A DNA stretch of 64,000 bases from an uncultured Planctomycetaceae bacterium (GCA_963785305.1 CAWAUV010000007.1:2016001-2080000); one strand, 5' to 3'; numbered from the stretch's first letter, positions 9,076-21,200 are shown. Numbers and translations: made by a program. The notes: generated by a model from the letters alone, not told the origin.

Positions 9076-12000
9076 CTACTTGCGGTCTTCCCATACCCGC
9101 TTCTTGGCTTGCAGCAATCGGCTGGTGTAGCTCTCTGCCGCCGGCTGGGCTTCGGCGGGCGGCTGCGCTTCGGCGGGTTGTGGAGTTTCCGATCTTGCCG
9201 ACGCCGCGGGGCGAGTGGCGCCGCTCTCGGGCGGAGAAAAAGCCCACGCGTCGCCCGCGGACGAGCTTGAGGCGGAGCTTGAAGTGGCGCTCGGCGGGGC
9301 GACCGGGGCCGAATCGTACCGCGGCTCGTAGTGGTTCGAGGCGCGGCGGGCTTCGAGGCTGTCGGCAATCTCGAGTTTGCGGCTCCTGAGCCGATCGATC
9401 GTCGCGGCGGCGGCGCTCGCGGCGGGCCGGCGAAGCAACCGACCGCGAACCGCCGCCAGGGCTCGCGGGACCCAAGCCACATTGAACTGCACTCGCCGCA
9501 CGAACACATCGGCGAAGAACAAACAGCAAGCCACCACCACCATCAGCGGCCAGGCCGCTTGACGCGAAGCGCCTTCGGGCAAGGTATGGCGAAATGTGTC
9601 GTGAGCCAAGAGCCCTTCCAGCGATGTCTTGGTTTGCCCCTCGTCGGTGGGCGACGATGCCGGCCCCCGATCAACGATCCACTCGCCGGCCTCGCCCCCC
9701 GGCGGCGTCAGCCCGGCAACCGAGGCCAGCAGGGTTTCGTTCGATTCGCGGTCGAGATATTCGGGCGAATAGGGCACATTGACGCCAGCCGTGAGCGGGG
9801 CGGCGCCAGCGCCGGGAACCACCGAAAGCAGATACGAACCGGCGTCGTCGGCCGGAAAGTCGCCCACATAGCGACCCGGGCCGGTCTGACGAATCGGCAA
9901 GTCGATCGGTTTGAGGTCGGGCCCCACGACGCGCGCGGTCATACCCAACCCGTTGAGAAACGACTGCTGGCGATCAAACGCGTCGATCAACACTTGGGCC
10001 CGACCGTTGCGAATATCGGTGACGACATGAAACGCGCCCTGGTTATCGATTGGTCGCATCGACCAGCGGACCAATTGCGAAAAGAACTTGTCGCGTCCGG
10101 CCCAAGCGCTCCAAGCTCCAGTCCAGCGGCCGCTCACATCGGTGGTAAAGGCCACGGCTTTGCCGAGACCATAAGTCCAACTGGCGAGCACCGTTTCATA
10201 TTCCTTTTCCACCGGCAGCGGCGCGCGGATCGAGACTTCGACCAGCGGATTGTCTTTCACGGTCGTGAGCACATAGCCGGTGATCGGCGGCAGGTCGCCA
10301 TCGACGCCGCGCAGCATCTCATGGTGAAAAGCCACATGCGGCGTCATGCCCGCTTCACGCTCGAAGACCAGCGGACGCGAGACCATGCGGGCCTCTTTTT
10401 GGAAAATTTTCGGCAGCATCGTGGGCCGCGTGGCGTGATAGAACTTGCCGCCGCCCTGGGAGGCCATGCGCTTCAGAAGCTGCGTGTCGGCGTCGTTGCC
10501 CACGGCCACGGTCGAGACCGTGACTCCCTGCTTTCGATAACGGGCCATCAGCGCCTCATAGCCGTTGCCGGCCGATTGGCCATCGGTGAGCACCACCATG
10601 TGCTTGATCGCCGCGTCCTGGGCTTTGTTGAGCGAAGCGCGACCCATGAGAATGCCGGGCTCCATGAAGGTGCCGCCGCCGATCGCCAAGCGAGAAATGC
10701 GAGATCGCACCTGACCGCGACGATCGAGCTTCACCATCGGCGAGACCACATGCGCGTCGGAATCGAAGGCCGTCACGCTTACATAGTCGCGCGGCGAAAG
10801 CACATCGACGGCCGCCATCGCCGCGCCGCGGGCCATGTCGAGTTTCTCGCCGGCCATCGAGCCCGACACATCGATCACCAAAGCCAGCGCGCCCACGGGC
10901 ACGACCTTGGCGTTGAGAATCTGGAAATCGACCGGCATGGCGGCTTCGAGCGGAGTGCCCGCCCAGCCGCCGGCGCCGAAGCTATTGGGTCCGCCGAGCA
11001 TCACGAGCCCAGCCCCCATCTGTTCGGTGTTGCTCACCAGCATCGCGATTTGGGCATCGGTAAACGCTTCTCGCGGCGCGTCGGCGAGCACCACCGTGTC
11101 GAAAGGCTGCAAGTCGGCGAGCGAGGCAAACAACTCGTTGGTGTCCATGACGACGACCGTCAGATCCGATTGCCGCAACTGCTCGACGAAATGATCGAAC
11201 TCGCCGCGATGCTCGAAATCTTGAATCATCAGAGCCCGACCTTTGCCGCGCACTTGCGTGAAGGCCGTGGCGGCGTTGTTTTGCACCACGGCGTCGGCCG
11301 CCGGATCGTCGGGCGTGAAGCGAGCTTCATAGGTGTAGAAGTCCGGCGCGGCAATGGTTTCGCGAATCGTATAGACCCGCTTGCCCGGCTCGACATCGAC
11401 CTGTTGTTCGGCCAGCAGGAGCTCTTGATCCTTGGTGCGGCGAAACACGCGCAAGCGTCCGGACATGGCGCCGCCCGGCGATGGAGCGCCGCCAGTGGCC
11501 GGCCGCCGATCGGCCATGTTGCGTAGCACGATCTTGAGGTCGAACGGCTGCCCGCGATGGGCGTCGGTGGGCGCGACGATTTTTTCGATCGCCACATCGT
11601 CCCGCCCCGGACGCCGCACCGGCACGACATCGATGCCGACGCCGCGCGTCGACAGTTTCCGCGCTTCGGCGAGCGCGTCGCCCAGGTTTTCGTTGCCATC
11701 GGTCACGAGCACGATGCGTTTGGCCGAATCGGCGGGAAACGCCGCTTGGGCAAGCTTCATGGCGCCCGCCAAATCGGAGTATTCCGGATCGAGCGGCGCT
11801 TCGATCGATTCGCCCAGGGAAAACGATCTCGCGACCGCCGGATACTCGACCGCCGCCTGCCGGGCAAATACGATCACGCCGGCGCGGTCGCCGGTCGCGG
11901 GATTGCGATGCCGGCTCACCTCGGCGTTTACATAGTCGACCATGCCGCGGCGCTCGGCCGGCGGAATGCTGAGGGATTGGTCGAGCAGATAAAACACGGT

Positions 12001-12198
12001 TAGCCGCTTGGTGCGCGAGACCCATTCAAGCTCGGCCAGCGCCAGCACGATGGCCGTGAACACGGCGGTGCGCGCCGCGAGCGCCGCTAGCCGCCGCCAC
12101 CGGCCCAGGGCCGCGAGCGAGCGAAAGCTCCACGCCCAAAACACCGGCGTCAAAAGCAGCAGCAAAAGATAGAATGGACTGTCCACGACCGCGGACAT
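9076..12198 (-). CDS. Membrane-anchored VWA-domain protein with a glutamine-amidotransferase-like domain
   Basis: N-terminal TM helices, two MIDAS-type motifs (LLDQSLS, VIDVSGSM), GLVMLGGPNSFGAGG, and a C-terminal TM helix. Confidence 0.85.
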   Translation of the reverse strand: MSAVVDSPFYLLLLLLTPVFWAWSFRSLAALGRWRRLAALAARTAVFTAIVLALAELEWVSRTKRLTVFYLLDQSLSIPPAERRGMVDYVNAEVSRHRNPATGDRAGVIVFARQAAVEYPAVARSFSLGESIEAPLDPEYSDLAGAMKLAQAAFPADSAKRIVLVTDGNENLGDALAEARKLSTRGVGIDVVPVRRPGRDDVAIEKIVAPTDAHRGQPFDLKIVLRNMADRRPATGGAPSPGGAMSGRLRVFRRTKDQELLLAEQQVDVEPGKRVYTIRETIAAPDFYTYEARFTPDDPAADAVVQNNAATAFTQVRGKGRALMIQDFEHRGEFDHFVEQLRQSDLTVVVMDTNELFASLADLQPFDTVVLADAPREAFTDAQIAMLVSNTEQMGAGLVMLGGPNSFGAGGWAGTPLEAAMPVDFQILNAKVVPVGALALVIDVSGSMAGEKLDMARGAAMAAVDVLSPRDYVSVTAFDSDAHVVSPMVKLDRRGQVRSRISRLAIGGGTFMEPGILMGRASLNKAQDAAIKHMVVLTDGQSAGNGYEALMARYRKQGVTVSTVAVGNDADTQLLKRMASQGGGKFYHATRPTMLPKIFQKEARMVSRPLVFEREAGMTPHVAFHHEMLRGVDGDLPPITGYVLTTVKDNPLVEVSIRAPLPVEKEYETVLASWTYGLGKAVAFTTDVSGRWTGAWSAWAGRDKFFSQLVRWSMRPIDNQGAFHVVTDIRNGRAQVLIDAFDRQQSFLNGLGMTARVVGPDLKPIDLPIRQTGPGRYVGDFPADDAGSYLLSVVPGAGAAPLTAGVNVPYSPEYLDRESNETLLASVAGLTPPGGEAGEWIVDRGPASSPTDEGQTKTSLEGLLAHDTFRHTLPEGASRQAAWPLMVVVACCLFFADVFVRRVQFNVAWVPRALAAVRGRLLRRPAASAAAATIDRLRSRKLEIADSLEARRASNHYEPRYDSAPVAPPSATSSSASSSSAGDAWAFSPPESGATRPAASARSETPQPAEAQPPAEAQPAAESYTSRLLQAKKRVWEDRK

Positions 12199-12518
12199 GA
12201 ACCCTCCGGCGCGAGTTTGCAAGGTATCGAAAGGGCGCGGCCCGGCGCCCGAGAAGCTTCGTTCACTCTACCAATCCTCCAAACGCTTGGCGAATTGTTC
12301 GGTCAGCAAGGGCGCGCCGCCCAAAACGAGAGTCTTCAACGAGCCATCCCCTGGAAACGGAAGCGCCGAAAATTTTTCCCGCGACACACGATACTTTCTC
12401 ATCGAGGCGGGGTTTAACGGAATCGATGGCGTGGTGCGCGACGGCCCTTTGTCCGCCGCGCGAAGCAGATCCGTGGCGCCCCCACCAAGAGACGCAACCT
12501 ACAACCCGTAAAGACGTT

Positions 12519-14515
12519 ATGAAATCCATTCCTGCACATTGCGCGGCGAGGTTCGATTTCGGGGCTGGCCATGCGCACTGGTCGCGATTCGCCAAATCCG
12601 GGTGGGTAGCGGGCGTCTTGGCCATTTTTTGTTGTGGCTCGGCCTTGGCCGCCAAAATCAGTTCTCCGAACCCTTCGGCGACCGATGCTGGCAAGGCCGC
12701 TCGCAAGGTCAATAAGCTTTTAGCCGCAGGCGAGAGCGCGGCGCCGACAAGCGCGAAAGCGACAAGCGCGAAAGCGAAAAGCGCGAAAGCGACAAGCGCG
12801 AAAGCGACAAGCGCGAAAGCGACCGACAAGATGGCGACCGACCAGGTATCGAGCGCCAAGCCATCGGCCTCGGCGGAGAAGCTCAAGAAATATTTGTCGT
12901 CGAGCGCCGATTCGGCTGAGGCCCCCACCGGACTTGGGGCCGCGAAAAAGCCGCCGCCCGCGCCGTGGCCACCGAAACGCTTCCCTTGGCCGGTGACGAG
13001 ACGTTCATACGCCGGGCGACGCTCGATCTCTTGGGCGAGCAGCCCACGCCCGAGGAGGTCGCCGCATTTGTGCTCGATCCGTCGTCGACGAAGCGCGCCA
13101 AGCTCGTGGACCATTTGCTGGCCCAGCCAAGCTACGGGCAGAATTGGGGGCGCTACTGGCGCGATGTGATTTTCTATCGCCGCAACGATGACCGCGCCCT
13201 GGCCATGGCCGGCACGCTGGTTAACTACTTGAGCGAGCAGTTCAATCGCAACATGCCTTGGGACGAGATTGCCAGGTCGTTTATCACGGCGACCGGCGAG
13301 ATTCGCGAAAACGGCGAGACCGGGATCATCATGGCCCAAATCGCCAATCCGGAAGATACCACCGCCGAGATGTCGCGCATTTTCCTCGGCATTCAAATCC
13401 AGTGCGCCCAGTGCCACAACCACCCGACCGATCGCTGGAAGCGCGAGCAATTCCATGAGCTCGCGGCGTTCTTCGCTCGGATCGCCGTGCGTCCGGTCAA
13501 GCTCGAAGATCAAAAGCGCACATTTCGCGTGGTCTCCGATGACAAAGGCGTCGGCAAGCGTTCGCCCGGCGCGAGCGAGACCGTGACCCTCGAGCACTAT
13601 ATGCCCGATCTGCAAGACCCCCAGGCCAAGGGCACGTTGATGCGGCCGGTGTTCTTCGTCACGGGCCAGAAATTCGAGTTCGGCGCCAACGACCGCGACC
13701 GGCGCGAAACCTTGGCCCAGTGGATCACGTCGCCCGGCGATCGCTACTTTGCCGAGGCGTTCGTGAATCGGATGTGGTCGGAGCTCGTGGGCCACGGGTT
13801 CATCGAACCGGTCGACGACATGGGCCCCGACCGGCCGGCTCAATCACCCGAAACACTCAAGTACTTGGCCGATCAGTTCGTGGCCAATCGCCATGACATC
13901 AAATGGCTGTTTCGCACGATCATGGCCACCGACGCTTATCAGCGCGAGAGCCGTTCGCGGACCGATATCGCCGACCCGCTCGCCAATAGCTGCCCGCAGC
14001 GATTGCGAGCCGATCAGCTTGCCAACGTGCTTCTCGATTCGCTGGGCGTCGACGAAGCGACGTTTACCCGCGATGCGAATCGTAAGGAAGGCAAGAAGGG
14101 CGGCCCCGACAAGGATGGCAAGCCGGTCGCGGCCAACGCCCAGGGCGGCAGGAAGAAGGGCTTGCTGGGGGCCGGCCCGCGCGGGCAGCTCTTGCAATCC
14201 TTTGGCTACGATCCCAGTGCGCGGCGCGACGAAGTGGCCAGCGCCATTCCCCAAGCGTTGTGGCTGATGAACGGCGGGTTGGTTTCGTTTGGAACCAAGG
14301 ACGCTCCCACGACCAGCCTGGGCAAGCTGCTCGCCAGCGAGCCCAACGACGAATCGGTCGCCGCGGAATTGTACCTGCGCTGCTTGGCTCGCGAGCCGAA
14401 GCCGGCCGAACTGCGCGTCTGCCTCGAGCATGTCGCGAGCGTCGGTCGCAACGAAGGTTTCGAAGACATCTTGTGGTCGCTGCTCAATTCGACCGAATTC
14501 CTGTATCGCAAGTGA
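12519..14515 (+). CDS. DUF1549/DUF1553 (PSD1) planctomycete protein, frameshift near 12960
   Basis: DETFIRRATLDLLGEQPT, FLGIQIQCAQCHNHP, VNRMWSELVGHG and WSLLNSTEF motifs. Confidence 0.9.
12746..12823 (+). repeat. 15-bp tandem repeat, 5 copies, encoding (ATSAK)n
   Basis: GACAAGCGCGAAAGC five times with one substitution in unit 3, in the N-terminal linker of the DUF1549 gene. Confidence 0.95.
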
Positions 14516-14643
14516 TCGCGACGCCAGACACGCGACGCCTGAAATATGGCGCAAAGCGCGACGACGCAAACATCCTCGCGACGCTCGAAAAAACATCCGT
14601 TCAGAAATCAGCCCGAGAACCAACCTGCTGGGGAAACCGGATC

Positions 14644-15942
14644 ATGGCCTTCGAACTCTTTCGTCAAACGGATGTGAAAATCGATCGGCGCCGCGGCGTG
14701 CATCGTCGCGACTTTCTTCGCAGCGTGGCGCTGGGCGGGGTGGCCGCCGGCGCCATGAGTTGGACCGACTTGCTCTGCGCCGAATCGAGTGAGCTTCGCA
14801 AGCGCGGCCGGGCAATCATTCTGCTTTGGATGGCCGGCGGTCCGAGCCAGTTCGAAACCTTCAGCCCGCTTTCGGGCCATGCCAATGGCGGCGAAACCAA
14901 GGCGATCTCGACCGCCGCGGCGGGAGTGCAAATCGCGGAAAACTATCCCGAAACCGCCAAGATGATGAACGATATCGCGGTCATTCGTTCGATGACCAGC
15001 AAAGAAGGGAGCCATCCGCGGGCCACCTTCTTGCTCCACACCGGCTATCTGCCCACGGCAAGCGTGCGCTATCCGGCGTTTGGCGCGGTGGCCGCCGAGC
15101 AATTGCGCATGGCGTCGCTCGACCTGCCTTCGTTCGTGCGCATCGGCGGCGGACAGCAAAACGCGAGCGGCGGCGGATTCCTGGGCGTCGACTACGATCC
15201 CTTCATGATCGCCGCGGCTGGCAAGCTGCCAGCGAATACCACGCCCGCTACCGATTTTACCCGCTTCGATCGCCGCCTCGATCTGCTCGGCCGACTCGAA
15301 GGGGAATACGCCGCGGGCCAGCTCAAGCAAGAAGTGGCCGATCATGAGAAGCTCTATCGCAAAGCCCAGCGCATGATTCAAAGCGATCAGATGAAGGCGT
15401 TTGACCTCGAGAGCGAACCCACTCCGGTCCGCGAGGCCTATGGCTCGGGCACGTTCGCCTCGGGCTGCTTGCTGGCTCGGCGATTGGTCGAGACCGGCGT
15501 CACGTGCGTCGAGATATTCCTCGGCGGCTGGGACACGCACAACGACAACTTCAGCCGAGTGCGCAATCTGGCCGGGCAGTCGGATCGGGCCTTTGCCCAG
15601 TTGATCCGCGATCTCAAGGAGCGGGGCCTCTTGGATACGACGCTCGTCGCCTGGATGGGTGAATTCGGCCGCACGCCCAAGATCAATCCTCGCGGTGGTC
15701 GCGACCACTATCCGAAGTCGTTCAATGTGGCGCTCGCTGGCGGAGGCATTCGCGGCGGTCAGACGATCGGCAAGGTCGACCCCACGGGCGCCGATGTCGT
15801 GGAACGGCCGGTCACGGTGCCCGATCTGTTTCAAACCTTCTGCAAGAGTCTGCGGATCAACCCGAGCGTGGAGCATGTAACGAACAACCGGCCGATCAAG
15901 ATCGTCGATACCGGCAAGCCGGTCGAGGAATTGTTCGGCTAG
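14644..15942 (+). CDS. DUF1501 domain protein with Tat-like RRDFL leader
   Basis: ILLWMAGGPSQFETF, GWDTH and GEFGRTPKIN...GRDH motifs; usual partner of DUF1549/1553. Confidence 0.92.
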   Translation: MAFELFRQTDVKIDRRRGVHRRDFLRSVALGGVAAGAMSWTDLLCAESSELRKRGRAIILLWMAGGPSQFETFSPLSGHANGGETKAISTAAAGVQIAENYPETAKMMNDIAVIRSMTSKEGSHPRATFLLHTGYLPTASVRYPAFGAVAAEQLRMASLDLPSFVRIGGGQQNASGGGFLGVDYDPFMIAAAGKLPANTTPATDFTRFDRRLDLLGRLEGEYAAGQLKQEVADHEKLYRKAQRMIQSDQMKAFDLESEPTPVREAYGSGTFASGCLLARRLVETGVTCVEIFLGGWDTHNDNFSRVRNLAGQSDRAFAQLIRDLKERGLLDTTLVAWMGEFGRTPKINPRGGRDHYPKSFNVALAGGGIRGGQTIGKVDPTGADVVERPVTVPDLFQTFCKSLRINPSVEHVTNNRPIKIVDTGKPVEELFG

Positions 15943-16047
15943 GTGAATCGGATCGGGCAGGATTGCGCCACGGACGGAGAATGCCCGAGCACGGAAAAGA
16001 GCCGCCGCGCGGCGGCCAGCCGCTCGTTCGCCCTTTCGCTTGATCGC

Positions 16048-17319
16048 TCAGTCGTAAAACGCCAGCGCGCCAAAGCTCACGCAACTGGCGCGGTTTGGGT
16101 CCGTGGCTTGGCCATAGGTCAAAAACTCGCCCCGCCTGGGCCGCAGGGTTTCGAGCATTGTGTAGGTCGGCGAGAGGCCGCAAATGCGGTTCGCGTCGTT
16201 TTCGTTGGCCACATGATCGAAAAATGCGCTCGCGCCCCCTTCGCACGCCGCCGCGAGCAGCCGCCGATCGCTCGACGCAAGTTGCTCGAGCCGCTCGCGA
16301 TCGAGTTTCGCCCGGTCGCCAAACCGCGGGCCGATATGCGCCAAGTCGCCGCTGCTGATGAAGCAGACCCGGCCCGGATGCTCGGCCACCGCGGCTCGCA
16401 GCGCCGTGATAAACGCCGCCACCCGGGCATTGGCCACCGGCTGCTGTTTCGCGCGGATGAATTCATGAAACGATCCCACGAGGATCGGCGCGATTTTGAA
16501 TTCGCGGTGTTCTCCCAAGAGGTGCTGCAAGAAAACGACCTGAAATTCGAGCGAATGTTCGGGGCGATGGGCAAGTTCATCGGCAAAGAGATTGAGCTCG
16601 CCCGCGCCCGGCGTGGCGGCCAATCGCTGGCCCAGGCGGCCGATGAACTGTTTGTCGGTTTGCACGACGCCGAGCGGAGTGTCGAAATGCTTTTTCGAGG
16701 CGGAGAACAAGTTTCGCATCCATTGATGGGCCGTGCCGAGAACAACGAACAGGTCGGCGTCGCTCTCTTCGACCACGCGTCGGTAGGCCCAAGCAAAGGC
16801 CGGCCCGCCCCGATGTAGATCGATATGCGGGCTCAAGACCCCCACGAGTCGTCGCGTGGGCACGATGCCGGAGCCAACCGCGCCGGGGGCGCCCGGTCCC
16901 TCGGCATGCGTGAAGAGTGCGTCGATCTGTCGGCCGAGCGTCGCGCTCGTGCCGGCATAGGCCAAGCCGGCATGAGCGGCCGGGCGAGTCGGCAAGTTTA
17001 GATACGTTTGCACTTCGCTTTTCCAATGTGCGCGAAACCGCTCGGAATCGAGCAAGTTTCGGCGGTCGAGCTGCTCGACCAGTTCGATTAGGTCGGCCGG
17101 CGTGGGCGGCATCGCGCTCTGCTCGCGGCAGGCGGCGAGAATCTCATCGAGATTGCGGCAGCCGTCCATGAGCGACACCACTCGGGCCGCGGCTTCGGGA
17201 ATTTCGATCGTGGCGCCGAAGCCCGCCGGATCGCGCAGCGTGTACCATACCTCGCCGTTGGCATGCCGCACGGCGAAACTTTCGACAGGCCGCAATTGCG
17301 GACGCTCCAAGCCGGTCAT
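16048..17319 (-). CDS. AmmeMemoRadiSam system protein B (Memo family) with N-terminal extension
   Basis: RPAAHAGLAY, LSPHIDL, HRPEHSLEFQ, SGDLAHIGPRFGD and ICG motifs. Confidence 0.88.
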   Translation of the reverse strand: MTGLERPQLRPVESFAVRHANGEVWYTLRDPAGFGATIEIPEAAARVVSLMDGCRNLDEILAACREQSAMPPTPADLIELVEQLDRRNLLDSERFRAHWKSEVQTYLNLPTRPAAHAGLAYAGTSATLGRQIDALFTHAEGPGAPGAVGSGIVPTRRLVGVLSPHIDLHRGGPAFAWAYRRVVEESDADLFVVLGTAHQWMRNLFSASKKHFDTPLGVVQTDKQFIGRLGQRLAATPGAGELNLFADELAHRPEHSLEFQVVFLQHLLGEHREFKIAPILVGSFHEFIRAKQQPVANARVAAFITALRAAVAEHPGRVCFISSGDLAHIGPRFGDRAKLDRERLEQLASSDRRLLAAACEGGASAFFDHVANENDANRICGLSPTYTMLETLRPRRGEFLTYGQATDPNRASCVSFGALAFYD

Positions 17320-17568
17320 GGACGGTGAGGCTCCTTGAAAGATTCGGGACTGGCCGGCGATCGTGGGGGGCGCTCGGCGGCGCGCTCCGCTTTGTCGCCG
17401 GCGCCCTTGCAATATTCGAGACCGTGTCTTTCAATGTCAAGCAGCGCCAGTTTTTCAGGTTCGCCACGTTTTTTGCTGGATATAATCCTAGAGGCGCCGT
17501 CGCGGCGCGATCACATTTGTTCGATGCCTGTCTTATTTCGGAGTCTCTTATTTCGGAGTCGAATCTCG

Positions 17569-18216
17569 ATGTTTCCCGTTTACTCCATCCGCTTTTTTCC
17601 GTCTCGGCTCGCGCGATTCGCCGGGCTGTTGGTCGCGCTCTTGACGGGACTCGAAGCCGGTGTGCTTTGGGCAGGCGAGTTCAACCCCAAACTCGATATC
17701 GGCTCGGCTGCGCCGGCCTGGAAGAACTTGCCCGGTGTCGATGACGCGCGGCACTCGCTCGCTGATCTCAAGGATAAGCGAGTGGTGGTCGTGGTGTTCA
17801 CATGCAATAGCTGCCCCGTGGCCACGGATTATGAAGATCGCATTGTCCAATCGGCGAATAAGCACGCCGCCGAGGTGAGTTTCGTGGCGATCAATGTGAA
17901 CCGTATTCCCGAAGACAGCTTGCCCAAGATGCAAGAGCGGGCCAAGGAGAAGAAATTTCCGTTTCCCTACCTATTCGACGAATCGCAGCAAATCGCCAAG
18001 GACTATGGCGCCACCTTCACGCCTGAGTTCTTCGTGCTCGGGCCCGAGCGTAAAATCGTGTATATGGGTGGCCTCGACGACAGCAGCGACCCGGCGATGG
18101 TGAAGACCCACTATCTCGAGCCGGCGATCGAAGCCGCGCTGGCCGGCGCGGCGCCCGCGGTTAAAGAAGCCCCGGCCCGCGGTTGCCGGATTCGCTATGC
18201 GCGCGAGCGGCGATGA
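17569..18216 (+). CDS. Thioredoxin-family (AhpC/TSA-like) exported protein
   Basis: FTCNSCP CxxC motif and FPYLFDESQQIAKDYGATFTPEFFV. Confidence 0.88.
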   Translation: MFPVYSIRFFPSRLARFAGLLVALLTGLEAGVLWAGEFNPKLDIGSAAPAWKNLPGVDDARHSLADLKDKRVVVVVFTCNSCPVATDYEDRIVQSANKHAAEVSFVAINVNRIPEDSLPKMQERAKEKKFPFPYLFDESQQIAKDYGATFTPEFFVLGPERKIVYMGGLDDSSDPAMVKTHYLEPAIEAALAGAAPAVKEAPARGCRIRYARERR

Positions 18217-18359
18217 TCGCGTCGCCCCGAAGCCTGCCGCCGAAATTGTCCGACATGGCATCCCATCAAGGCATGACAAGCCACCGAAGCGTGACAGGGA
18301 CTCCCGCACGGAATCGCACAATCGGGCCGCGTTGAATCTCTTTCTCGGATCGTTTCCAC

Positions 18360-20050
18360 ATGACCGCCATCGAGCACGATCCTTCGAGCGAGCGATTCTG
18401 GGTCGAGGACCTCACCATTCCCCAGGCGCTTGCCGCCACCGTCGTGCGCGACGGCGCGAGCGACGCGGTCGTGTTTCCGCACCTTGGGCTCCGCTGGAGC
18501 TACGCCGAATTCTCGGCCGCGGTCGATCGCGCGGCGCGAGGCATGCTCGCCCTGGGCATCGAGCCGGGAGAGCATGTGGCGCTGTGGGCCACGAATGTGC
18601 CCGAGTGGATCGTGCTCCAGTTCGCCACCGCCCGCATCGGCGCGGTGCTGGTGACGATCAATCCCGCGTATCGCCCTTATGAGCTGCAATATGTGCTCGA
18701 GGAATGCGACGCCCGGCTGCTGTTTCTCGTCGAGCGATTCAAGTCTTCCGACTACTACGCGATGATCGACGAGTTGTGCCCCGAGTTGCGCAACGGCGCT
18801 CCCGGCGCGCTGGCCGCCGCGCGGTTTCCTTGCTTGCGCTGGGTCGTCGGCCTGGGTCGCCACGCGCCCGTGGGCGGGCTCACGTGGACCGAAATGTGCG
18901 ACCTGGCCGATGCCGCGCCGGCCGCGAAGCTCGACACGATCGGCCGCTCGCTTCGCCCCACCGACGCGATCGTGATTCAGTATACCTCGGGCACGACCGG
19001 TTTTCCCAAGGCGGCCACGCTCAGCCATCGCAACCTGTTGATGAACGTGGCCGGCGTGGGCGAATGCCTCCGGCTCACGGCCGAGGACCGCATGTGCATT
19101 CCGGTGCCGTTCTATCACTGCTTCGGCTGCGTGCTGGGAACGATGTGCGCCGCCGTGCATGGCGCGGCGATGATTATACCGGCCGAATCCTTCAACCCCG
19201 CCGCCACGCTCGCCGCCGTCGAACAAGAGCGCGCCACGTGTTTGTACGGCGTGCCCACGATGTTCATCGCCGAACTGGCCGATCCCAGCTTCGACCAGCG
19301 CCGGCTCGATTCGCTCCGCACCGGCATCATGTCGGGCAGCCCGTGTCCGATTGAAGTGATGCGGCAAGTGGTGGGCGCATGGGTCTGCCCGAAATTACGA
19401 TCGGCTATGGTCAAACCGAAGCCTCGCCGATCATCACACTGACCCGCGCCCATGATCCGCTCGAGACGCGCGTCGAGACCGTGGGACGCCCGATCCGGGG
19501 AGTCGAAGTGAAGCTGGTCGATCCGGCCACCGGCGCCACGCTTGGCGATGGCGCGGGCGGCGAGCTATGTGCTCGAGGCCATGGAGTGATGCTGGGCTAT
19601 TATAAGAATCCGGGCGCCACGGCCGCGGCGATCGATTGCGAGGGCTGGCTCCACACGGGCGATCTTGCCATGCGGCTTCCGAGCGGCGACTACCGCATTA
19701 CGGGGCGCATCAAAGACCTGGTGATACGCGGCGGCGAGAATATCTATCCGCGCGAGATCGAGGAGTTTTTGTTCACGCATCCGGCGATCGAACAAGCGGC
19801 GGTCGTGGGCGTGCCCGACAATAAATTCGGCGAAGAGCTTTGTGCCTGGGTGAAACTGAAGACGGGCCACACGGCCACGGCCGATGAGCTGCGGCATTTT
19901 TGCCGCGGGGAACTCGCGCATTTTAAGGCGCCGAAGTATTTCAAATTCGTAAGCGAATTTCCCCAGACCGTGACCGGCAAGATTCAAAAGTTCAGGATTC
20001 GCGAAGCGGCCATCGCCGAACTTGGGCTGCGGGAAGATCGCACGGCGTGA
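18360..20050 (+). CDS. AMP-binding acyl-CoA synthetase, frameshift near 19375
   Basis: [38 protein letters not shown] and TGKIQK motifs across ORFs 18360-19442 and 19379-20050. Confidence 0.92.
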
Positions 20051-20343
20051 TACATAAGTCTTTAACAGGAGTCGCTTTGAGAAAATACGCCTCGACGCCG
20101 CGAGGCGACTTTCGAGTTGCTACCGCGGGCGAAAAACGACCATTGCCGGCGGCGGGGTTCGACTGAGGAGCCGAGAAACAAAAGCGAGCCGCCCCGATGT
20201 TGGAGCGACGCCTTTGAACTTTTCCGGGGTTTTATGGTAACATGGCGTCGCGCCGACTCTCTTGGCTTGCCGGCCCGCGGCGCTTGTTACGACCACGCTT
20301 TCCTCGGTTCGTCGTGAAACAACTTGTCGCGGAGACGCCGATC

Positions 20344-21200
20344 ATGAACAACAGGTTTGCACTGCCCGCGCTCTTGACCGCGCTCCTGACATTCGCGCTC
20401 GCGGCGCCCGACGCTCAAGCTCGCGGACGCGGGCGCGGCGGCAACGGCGCGCGCAAATGCGGGCGCAAATGATTGCCCAGGCCACGGCGGCTTTGAACTA
20501 CAACCGCCAAGTATTGGCCGAAGCCACCGTCGTGATCAACGAAAACTCGACGGCGGTGGCGACTTCGAACGAACGGATCGAAGGCGCTCGCAAGTCGATT
20601 GGCGACGCGCGGGCCGCGCTGCACGATTCGGCCAAGAGCCAGCGCACGATCGAGGCCGAGATTCTTACCGCCCAGGGCGATGATTCTCCCTGCTCCAAGG
20701 CGCATATCGAATTCAACGAGTCGCAGCAAGCGCTCAATGAAGAGCGCGATCGCGTGCTTAGCAGCGAAGAATATCTCAAGAAAAAAGCGGACCTCGCCAA
20801 AGAAGACGGCAGCGCCGCCAAGATCGCCAAACTGCGTCACGACTCGCTCGAGGACGACGATCACTATCAGGCCGCCAGCGATCGCTTCAAAGCGGCCACG
20901 CTCGTTTACAACCGCATCAAGAGCGAGCTCTTCAAGGCCAATCCCGAATGGGTCAAAGCCTCGCAAGAATCCCGCGACGCGCGGGTCGAGGAAAACAAGA
21001 ACACCGCCGAAGCCACCCGCGGCGCCATGAAGCGAATGCCCGCGGCGCGCAATTTGCGCGAGGCGACCGAGATCGCCGCCGAAGCGCGAATGAACATCGC
21101 CCAGGCCGAATCGGTGCTGCGGAATTTGAAAGTTAAGATTCCGGCCGCGCCGCCGGGTATGGACTATTCCTCCGCCGGGTCGGCGTCGACCGGCAAATAG
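20344..21200 (+). CDS. Secreted coiled-coil hypothetical protein, frameshift near 20440
   Basis: Signal peptide MNNRFALPALLTALLTFALAAPDAQA followed by a helical charged body in a second frame. Confidence 0.65.

Noticed and set aside
12746..12823. Short direct repeats as a possible CRISPR array
   Set aside because: Units are contiguous with no spacers, lie in frame in a protein linker, and no cas genes are present.
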